Below, piece by piece: positions 57,211 to 64,000 of a stretch of DNA of 64,000 nucleotides. The stretch spans positions 352,001 through 416,000 of the forward strand of contig JASGHJ010000002.1 in assembly GCA_047602405.1 (NCBI GenBank), in the 5' to 3' direction. Position 1 is the stretch's first letter. Each line of letters starts with the position of its first letter. The DNA is from Anaeromyxobacteraceae bacterium. Lineage in GTDB: Bacteria; Myxococcota; Myxococcia; Myxococcales; Anaeromyxobacteraceae. The notes under the pieces are model-generated. The model was not told the origin of the DNA. It made no database searches and saw only the letters and a program-made list of their open reading frames with translations. A program made the position numbers and the translations under genes.

Positions 57211-57843
57211 CTACGGCCGGAGGACCGCGAAGGCGTGAGACCAGTCGTTCCGGTGGAACCCCGGCGCGCACCAGAGCTGGCACAGCGCCTCGAGCGCGTG
57301 GCCCATGGCCGCGGGGCCCACGTCCTCGACGTTCCAGCCGAGCTCCGCGGAGAGGCGCGCCGCCACCCCGCGCGCGGCGGCGTCGTCGCCGCAGATGAAC
57401 ATGGAGGGCTTCCCGCCCTGGAGCTTCGGCGCCGCCATGAACGCCGCGCCGACCGAGTTCATCCACTTCACGGCCCTCGCCTGCGGCGCTGCCCGCTGGA
57501 CGCGCTCGAGGAGCGACTCGTCCGCGCGGGTGAAGTAAGGGAGCACGCCGTCCTTCGGCGGCCCGGCGATGGGGTTCGTGGTGTCGAGGACCACCTTGCC
57601 CGCGAGCACCGCCGCGAGCTCCTTCGCGAGCGGCTCGGCGGCGTCGCCCTTCACGCCGAGCACCACGACCTCCGCGAAGCGCGCGACCTCGTCGAACGTG
57701 CCGTGCCCGATGCCCTGCGCCTTCGCGAACGCCGCGAGCTTCGCCGGCTCGCGGCTGCCGATGCGGACCTCGTGGCCCGCGGCCTTGAGCCCCGCCGCGA
57801 GCGCCTGCCCGACGTTGCCCGAACCCAGGATCCCGATCTTCAT
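57211..57843 (-). CDS. NADP oxidoreductase, F420-dependent family
   Basis: MKIGILGSGNVG, VVLDTTNP, ICGDD. Confidence 0.88.
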   Translation of the reverse strand: MKIGILGSGNVGQALAAGLKAAGHEVRIGSREPAKLAAFAKAQGIGHGTFDEVARFAEVVVLGVKGDAAEPLAKELAAVLAGKVVLDTTNPIAGPPKDGVLPYFTRADESLLERVQRAAPQARAVKWMNSVGAAFMAAPKLQGGKPSMFICGDDAAARGVAARLSAELGWNVEDVGPAAMGHALEALCQLWCAPGFHRNDWSHAFAVLRP

Positions 57844-57894
57844 CCGCACCTCCGGAGGTGGAGCCGGCGCGACGGCCGCCAGCCACGCCGGTTC

Positions 57895-58965
57895 CTAAAC
57901 GACCGATCGCGATCCGGAAACACCGGCCGCGAGCTTGAGTGAAGGGTTGAGCTTCTTCCGCTGGTTGTAGGCGCGCAGGAAGGCGATGACTTGGACCATC
58001 AGTTCCTCGATCGTCTTGCAGCGGTGATTGCGCGTCACGTTGGCGTGCAGGTCGAGCCACACGCGCTCAATGCGGTTGTCGTCGGGGCAGTACGGGGGCA
58101 GGAAGTGCAGCACGACGCGGTCGCCGAACTGGGCGAGGAAGCGCTTCGTCTTCTTGCTCGAGTGGATGATGTAGTTGTCGAGGATGAGGTGGATGCGCCG
58201 CGCGGCGCGGTACTCGCCAAGGAGCTTCCACACGAGCTTGTGGAAGAGCTCGCTCGCCTTGGTCGGCGCCTCCACCCAGGTCATCCTGCGGGTCGTGGCG
58301 TTGAGCGCACCGGCGACGAACCGCTTCCTGTTCTGGCCGGGCGTGAGCACGTAGCGCCGGAGCCCTCTCGGCATCCAGTCGCGACCGATCTTCGGGTTGA
58401 GATGGACGTCCATCTCGTCCTCGTAGAAGACCGGCTCCTCCGGCGTGGCGTTCTTGGCGACGCGACGCAACCTCGCCAGCACGCGCTTCCTGCGACCTGT
58501 TTCCCAGGGGCAGGCGACCGTCGGCTTCGGCATCCTGAGCCGCGCCCCGATCGCGGAGAGCGCCCGGCCCATCGTGCACGGAGCCACTCGCGGGAGCTGG
58601 CGCCGCTCCAACTCGCAGCCGAGCAGCTCGCGGGTCCAGGTCGTGCGCTGCCAGCCGAACTCGGTCGGGACCGAGTGCAGAACCCGCTCGAGCTCTTCCT
58701 TGAACCGGAGGTCCACCTTGCGGACGCCGTTGAAGGCGCGCTGGTCGAGCAGGCCCTCCTCCCCAGCGTCGGCGAACCGCTGCGCCGCCTTCACCACGGT
58801 GGACGGGACGCAGGCGAGGTCGCGGGCGACCTGCTGTCGAGAGAGTCCTTGTCCGAGCTTGGCGATCATGAGGAAGCGGAGGGCGGTGTGCGGGTCCTTG
58901 GTCTTCTTGGCGCGGCGGATCAGTCTGCGTCGCACGGCACGATCGAGCCGCGGTATGTTGTGCAC
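57895..58965 (-). CDS. IS630 transposase
   Basis: FYEDE, LILDNYIIH, LPPYCPDDNRIERVW. Confidence 0.93.
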   Translation of the reverse strand: MHNIPRLDRAVRRRLIRRAKKTKDPHTALRFLMIAKLGQGLSRQQVARDLACVPSTVVKAAQRFADAGEEGLLDQRAFNGVRKVDLRFKEELERVLHSVPTEFGWQRTTWTRELLGCELERRQLPRVAPCTMGRALSAIGARLRMPKPTVACPWETGRRKRVLARLRRVAKNATPEEPVFYEDEMDVHLNPKIGRDWMPRGLRRYVLTPGQNRKRFVAGALNATTRRMTWVEAPTKASELFHKLVWKLLGEYRAARRIHLILDNYIIHSSKKTKRFLAQFGDRVVLHFLPPYCPDDNRIERVWLDLHANVTRNHRCKTIEELMVQVIAFLRAYNQRKKLNPSLKLAAGVSGSRSVV

Positions 58966-59091
58966 GGGAAGGTCTCCTCCGAGTTCGCTGCTGGTCTCGC
59001 AACCGCAACGATCGATGGGTTGACCTTCCCTTTCAACTTTCTCCCTGCGGTCCGCGGCCTTGCCGCTGATCGCGAATCACGAACGGTCGTT
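57898..59091 (-). mobile_element. IS630-family insertion sequence in a CTAG target (TA duplicated)
   Basis: IR AACGACCGATCGCGATCCG / AACGACCGTTCGTGATTCG; TA at 57896-97 and 59092-93. Confidence 0.92.
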
Positions 59092-59231
59092 TAGAAGGCA
59101 CTCGATGCCCTCGCCGCGTCTTGTCGGGGCGGGCCCTCCGGAGCGGCGCCAGTCGCCGCGGCCGGGTGCGACCGATCGCCCGGGTGCGAGCCCGCTGACG
59201 GACCTACTCCCTCCGGGTACCATCCTCGTCG

Positions 59232-60878
59232 ATGGAGACGGTGCTCGCACGGAGGGTGCGCGTCGGCGATCTCGTGACCCGGGGCACGGGCCTGTTCCTC
59301 GCGGGCTCGCTCGCGCCGCTCGCCGTGGCGGTCGCCTTCCTCGAGCCCTGGATGCACCGGCCCTGGTCGGTCGGGCCGTACCTCGCGCAGCACCTCGTCG
59401 TCGAGGTGCTGGTCACGCTCGTCGCGGGCTCCACCTTCGCGCTGCAGTGGCAGGCCGGCGAGCGCGCCCGGGACGCCCGGGCGCGGGTGCTCGGCAACGG
59501 CCTCCTCGCGGTCGCGATCCTGGAGGTGGTCCACCTGCTCGCGTTCGCGGGGATGCCGGGCCTGCCCTGGCTCCCGAGCTCCACCGAGCGCGGCATCGTC
59601 TACTGGCTGGCCGCCCGCGTGGCGACCGTCGCCACGCTGCTCGCGGCGTTCGCCGTGCCGCGGGAGAGCCGGTCTCCGGCCTTCCGCAACGGACCGCTCT
59701 CGCTCGTCGCGGTGGGCTCGGTCGTCGCGGTCCTCGTCGCGGACGTCCTGTGGATCGCGCCCGCGCCGCGCTTCTACGTGGAGGGGGTCGGCCTCACCCC
59801 GCTCAAGATCGGGGTGGAGGGAGCCCTCGTCGCGCTCTCGTTCCTCGGCGCCGCCCTGTACGAGCGGCGGTTCCGCGCGGCCGGCGATCGCACCGACCGC
59901 CACGCGGCCGTGGCGCTCTGGCTCACGGCGCTCTCCGAGGTCTGCTTCATGCGCTACGCCCGGGCGCACGACACCTTCAACCTGCTCGGGCACGTCTACC
60001 TCCTCTGCGCGTTCGTCGAGGTCTACCGCGCGCTCTTCGCGAGCGCGGTCCTGCGGCCGTACGAGGCCCTCGCCCGCAGCCACGAGGAGACCGCGGCGCT
60101 GAAGCACCGCATCGAGGCCGAGCTCGAGGTGAGCATCCGCGAGCTCCGCGAGGCGGAGGAGCAGCGCAAGGAGCTCCTGCGCGCCGTCTCGCACGACCTC
60201 AGGACGCCGCTGCAGATCGTCCAGCTCCGCGCGGAGCTGCTCCAGGCGACGGCGCCGGCCGGCTCGCGGGAGCGCCGGGCGGCCGACCAGATCCACGCGG
60301 CGGGCCACCAGATGGACGGCATGATCCGCGACCTCGTCGACGCCGTCCGCCTCGAGCATGAGGCCGCGGGCGCCCAGCGGGTCCGGATCGAGCTCGGCGA
60401 GTTCCTCGCCGACGCGCTCGCCGTCGTCCCGGGCGCGCTCGACGCCGACCGCGTCCGGCTCGAGGTGGCGGGCGGCCTGCCCCCGGTGGACGCCGACCGC
60501 GACCGGCTCGTGCGGGTGGTGCAGAACCTCGTCGGCAACGCGCTCAAGTACGCTCCGGCCGGGTCCCCCGTGCGCGTGCGGGCCCGCCAGGAGGGCGCGG
60601 CGGTGCTCGTGGACGTCGAGGACCGCGGGCCGGGCGTGCCGCCGGAGGACCGGGCGCGGCTCTTCACCCGCTTCTTCCGGGGCCAGCAAGCGGGGCGTTC
60701 GGACGGGCTCGGGCTCGGGCTCTACCTCGTCCGGCGGGCGGTGGAGAGCCTGGGCGGTGAGGTCGGGCACGAGGACGTCCCCGGCGGCGGCGCGAGGTTC
60801 TGGTTCTCGCTGCCGGTGGCGGGGAGCGCGCAGGGGCCGGCTGCGAGCGCGCGGGCCGCGCCGCGTACCGTCTGCTAG
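59232..60878 (+). CDS. Sensor histidine kinase with MASE3-like membrane domain
   Basis: About 7 TM helices (HLLAFAGMP, NLLGHVY); SHDLRTPL, NLVGNALKY, DRGPGV, GLGLGL. Confidence 0.92.
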   Translation: METVLARRVRVGDLVTRGTGLFLAGSLAPLAVAVAFLEPWMHRPWSVGPYLAQHLVVEVLVTLVAGSTFALQWQAGERARDARARVLGNGLLAVAILEVVHLLAFAGMPGLPWLPSSTERGIVYWLAARVATVATLLAAFAVPRESRSPAFRNGPLSLVAVGSVVAVLVADVLWIAPAPRFYVEGVGLTPLKIGVEGALVALSFLGAALYERRFRAAGDRTDRHAAVALWLTALSEVCFMRYARAHDTFNLLGHVYLLCAFVEVYRALFASAVLRPYEALARSHEETAALKHRIEAELEVSIRELREAEEQRKELLRAVSHDLRTPLQIVQLRAELLQATAPAGSRERRAADQIHAAGHQMDGMIRDLVDAVRLEHEAAGAQRVRIELGEFLADALAVVPGALDADRVRLEVAGGLPPVDADRDRLVRVVQNLVGNALKYAPAGSPVRVRARQEGAAVLVDVEDRGPGVPPEDRARLFTRFFRGQQAGRSDGLGLGLYLVRRAVESLGGEVGHEDVPGGGARFWFSLPVAGSAQGPAASARAAPRTVC

Positions 60879-60915
60879 AGTCGGCCCGAATCCTCCTTTC
60901 CTTCCCGAGGACCCG

Positions 60916-63900
60916 ATGACGAAGAAGCCGCCGAAGCGCCCGCAGCCGAAGGCGAGGCGACCGAGCAGGGGTCGTGGACCCTCTCCGAGCAAGCCGGCCG
61001 CCCGCGAGGAAGCAGGCCGCGCGCAGCGCGAGGCGCCCGAGCCGCAGCCCCCCGCTGGCCCGGCCGCCGGTGACGCGCTCCCCGTCGTGGGCATCGGCGC
61101 CTCCGCCGGCGGCCTCGAGGCGCTCGAGGCGTTCCTGCGGCACGTCCCGGAGAGCTCCGGGATTGCCTGGGTCATCGTGCAGCACCTCGATCCGAAGGAC
61201 CGGGGCGCGATGGTCGGGCTCCTGCAACGCGCCACGCCGATGCCCGTCGCCCAGGTGTCCGACCGCATGCCGGTCGAGGCGGATCACGTCTACGTGATCC
61301 CTCCCGGCCGCGACATGGCCATGCTCAATGGCGTGCTGCACCTCGTCCCGCAGCGGTCGCCGAGGGGGCTCAACCTGCCGGTCGACGCCTTCTTCCGCTC
61401 CCTCGCGGCGGAGCGGCAGGAGCGCGCCGTCGCGGTGGTCCTCTCCGGCATGGGGTCCGACGGCACGCTCGGCCTGCGGGCCATCAAGGAGCGCGGCGGG
61501 GCCGCGTTCGTGCAGGCGCTGCACTCGGCGAAGTTCGACGGCATGCCGCGGAGCGCGCTCGACACCGGCCTCGTCGACGTCGTGGGGAGCGCCGAGGAGC
61601 TCCCCGCGCGCATCGTCGCCTACCTGCGGCACCACGTGGCCGAGCCCCAGGGCGACGACCGCGCCCAGGGCGTGCTCGAGAAGATCTTCCTCGTCCTGCG
61701 CACCCAGACCGGCAACGACTTCACCCAGTACAAGCGCTCGACGATCCACCGGCGCATCGAGCGGCGGATGGGGCTCCACCAGGTGGATCGCCTCGGCACC
61801 TACCTGCGGTTCCTCCGCGAGAACCCGAAGGAGGTGGAGCTGCTCTTCAAGGAGCTCCTCATCGGCGTCACGAGCTTCTTCCGGGATCCCTCGAGCTGGG
61901 AGGTCCTCGAGAAGGAGGTCCTGCCGGACCTCGTGGCGGCGCGCGCGGGGGCGGGCACGCTCAGGGCCTGGGTGCCGGGGTGCTCGACGGGCGAGGAGGC
62001 GTACTCCCTCGCCATCTCGCTGAAGGAGGCCATCGCGGCGAAGAAGCTCTCGAGCCACCTCGGCGTGCAGATCTTCGCCACCGACCTCGACGCGGACGCC
62101 ATCGAGAAGGCGCGCCTCGGGACCTACCCCGCGAACATCGCGGCCGACGTGCCCCCCGACCGGCTGCGGCGCTACTTCGTCCAGGACGACCGCGGGTACC
62201 GGGTGAGCAAGGAGGTGCGCGAGTGCGTGGTCTTCGCGCCCCAGAACCTCGCGATGGACCCGCCCTTCACGAAGCTCGACCTCCTGTCCTGCCGGAACCT
62301 CCTCATCTATCTCTCGGCCGAGCTGCAGAAGCGGATCATCCCGCTTTTCCACTACAGCCTGCTCCCGGGCGGCGTGCTCTTCCTCGGCAGCGCCGAGACC
62401 GTCGGCGGCTTCTCCACGCTTTTCCAGCCGCACGACGCGAAGACCCGGATCTACCGGCGCCTCGACGCCGCCCTTGCCACGGTGCCGGTGGAGTTCCCGG
62501 CGATCTTCGCCCCGCCGCTCCCGCCGGAGGGGGACGGCCCGCGCTCGGCGGCGGCGCAGCCGCCGTCCCCGCCGCCCAACCTGCAGGCCATGGCGGAGCG
62601 CCTCATCGTGCAGCGCTTCGCGCCCACCGCGATACTGACGACCGCGAAGGGCGACGTGCTCTACACGAGCGGCCGCACCGGCAAGTACCTCGAGCCGACC
62701 GTCGGCCGCGCGAACCTCAACGTCTTCGCGATGGCGCGCGAGGGGCTGCGCTACGAGCTCTCCGCCGCGTTCGCGACGGCGCTCAAGGAGGACCGGCCGG
62801 TGACGGTGCGCGGCGCCCGGGTCGGGACGAACGGCGGTTCCCAGCACGTCGACGTCACGGTGCAGCGGCTGGCCGAGCCGAAGGAGCTCCGCAACACCGT
62901 CATCGTGGTCATCTCCGACGTCGCGCCGCCCCTCCCGGGCGCCCCGAGCGGCGCCCGGCGGTCCCCGCCCAGCGCACGCGCCGCGGAGCTCGAGCGGGAG
63001 CTGCAGCAGGCCCGCGAGGAGGTGCAGACCACCCGCGAGGAGATGCAGACCTCGCAGGAGGAGCTGAAGTCGATGAACGAGGAGCTCCAGTCCACGAACG
63101 AGGAGCTCCAGTCGACCAACGAGGAGCTGACCACCTCGAAGGAGGAGATGCAGTCGATGAACGAGGAGCTGCAGACCGTGAACCACGAGCTGCAGGCCAA
63201 GGTCGACGAGCTGTCCCGCTCGAACAACGACATGAAGAACCTCCTCAACTCGACCGACATCGCGACGCTCTTCCTCGACGAGGCGCTCCACGTCCGGCGC
63301 TTCACCACCCAGACCTCCCGGATCATCAAGCTCATCCCGGGGGACACCGGGCGGCCCGTCACCGACATCGCGACCGAGCTCGACTACGCCGACCTCGCCG
63401 ACGACGCGCGCGAGGTGCTGCGCAGCCTGGTCTTCAAGGAGAAGCAGGTGCCGGCGCGGAACGGGCGCTGGTTCACGGTGCGGATCCTCCCGTACCGCAC
63501 CCTCGAGAACGTGATCGACGGCGTGGTGATCACCTTCACGGACGTGACCGACACGAAGGTCCTCGAGGAGCGGCTGCGCCAGCAGGCGGCGGAGCTGCGC
63601 CAGATGACCGACGCCCTGCCGTCGTTCGTGTGGGCGAGCAGGCCCGACGGCGCGTGCGAGTACCTGAGCCAGGGCTGGATTCATTACACGGGGGTGTCCG
63701 AGGGCGAGCAGCTCGGCTACGGCTGGCTCGAGCAGGTGCACCCCGAGGACCGGGAGAAATTGCGGGAGGCATGGCGCGGCGCGCTCCGGGAGGGGACGGC
63801 GCTCGACCTCGACGTGCGCATCCGGGGGCGTCGCGGCGACCACCGGTGGTTCAAGACGCGGGCGGTCCCCATCCGCGACGAGCAGGGCACCCTCGTCAAG

Positions 63901-63990
63901 TGGTACGGAACGCACACGGACGTGGACGCCCTGAAGCGCACGTCGGTGGCCGAGATCCCGGGGGCGGGCGAAGGAGGTACGACGGGTTGA
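60916..63990 (+). CDS. CheB methylesterase-CheR methyltransferase-PAS fusion
   Basis: GIGASAGG, VQHL, LSGMGSDG; GVTSFFRD, GCSTGEEAYS, CRNLLIY; EELQSTNEEL coiled coil; C-terminal PAS domains. Confidence 0.93.
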   Translation: MTKKPPKRPQPKARRPSRGRGPSPSKPAAREEAGRAQREAPEPQPPAGPAAGDALPVVGIGASAGGLEALEAFLRHVPESSGIAWVIVQHLDPKDRGAMVGLLQRATPMPVAQVSDRMPVEADHVYVIPPGRDMAMLNGVLHLVPQRSPRGLNLPVDAFFRSLAAERQERAVAVVLSGMGSDGTLGLRAIKERGGAAFVQALHSAKFDGMPRSALDTGLVDVVGSAEELPARIVAYLRHHVAEPQGDDRAQGVLEKIFLVLRTQTGNDFTQYKRSTIHRRIERRMGLHQVDRLGTYLRFLRENPKEVELLFKELLIGVTSFFRDPSSWEVLEKEVLPDLVAARAGAGTLRAWVPGCSTGEEAYSLAISLKEAIAAKKLSSHLGVQIFATDLDADAIEKARLGTYPANIAADVPPDRLRRYFVQDDRGYRVSKEVRECVVFAPQNLAMDPPFTKLDLLSCRNLLIYLSAELQKRIIPLFHYSLLPGGVLFLGSAETVGGFSTLFQPHDAKTRIYRRLDAALATVPVEFPAIFAPPLPPEGDGPRSAAAQPPSPPPNLQAMAERLIVQRFAPTAILTTAKGDVLYTSGRTGKYLEPTVGRANLNVFAMAREGLRYELSAAFATALKEDRPVTVRGARVGTNGGSQHVDVTVQRLAEPKELRNTVIVVISDVAPPLPGAPSGARRSPPSARAAELERELQQAREEVQTTREEMQTSQEELKSMNEELQSTNEELQSTNEELTTSKEEMQSMNEELQTVNHELQAKVDELSRSNNDMKNLLNSTDIATLFLDEALHVRRFTTQTSRIIKLIPGDTGRPVTDIATELDYADLADDAREVLRSLVFKEKQVPARNGRWFTVRILPYRTLENVIDGVVITFTDVTDTKVLEERLRQQAAELRQMTDALPSFVWASRPDGACEYLSQGWIHYTGVSEGEQLGYGWLEQVHPEDREKLREAWRGALREGTALDLDVRIRGRRGDHRWFKTRAVPIRDEQGTLVKWYGTHTDVDALKRTSVAEIPGAGEGGTTG

Positions 63991-64000
63991 CCGGGAAGCG

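Noticed and set aside
63035..63195. Tandem ~21-bp repeats resembling an array
   Set aside because: They encode the EELQSTN heptad coiled coil usual in CheB-CheR fusions; there are no spacers, so not CRISPR

Overview
Very GC-rich bacterial DNA. The gene content (BTAD regulator, giant Cys-tipped lipoproteins, CheB-CheR-PAS fusion, attP-in-int integrase) suggests a Myxococcota/Anaeromyxobacter-like host, which is an inference. 1-14.9 kb: peptidases and two tandem ~1480-aa paralogous surface lipoproteins with an upstream secreted partner. 14,948-30,778: a ~15.8-kb integrative element in tRNA-Pro(CGG), bounded by a perfect 46-bp direct repeat. Its integrase reads through the att core, so excision would swap a 6-aa tail for an in-frame 111-aa tail ending in an excisionase-like HTH domain. 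The separate excisionase gene is split by an IS21 element. Cargo: an RHH regulator, an HTH-PIN pair, an AEP primase-SF2 helicase, a structured non-coding region, the Hen1-Pnkp RNA repair pair and two putative HEPN/PIN RNases. 31-64 kb: accessory genes, including an RNase J-like plus PD-(D/E)xK nuclease pair, a metal-homeostasis cluster (GDT1, bacterioferritin, CzcCBA-like RND), an IS630 and a histidine kinase/CheBR pair. Six frameshifts fall in or beside GATC sites, which points to a systematic sequencing artefact rather than real pseudogenes. No CRISPR array or rRNA was seen. Family assignments come from motif recognition by eye, not database searches.
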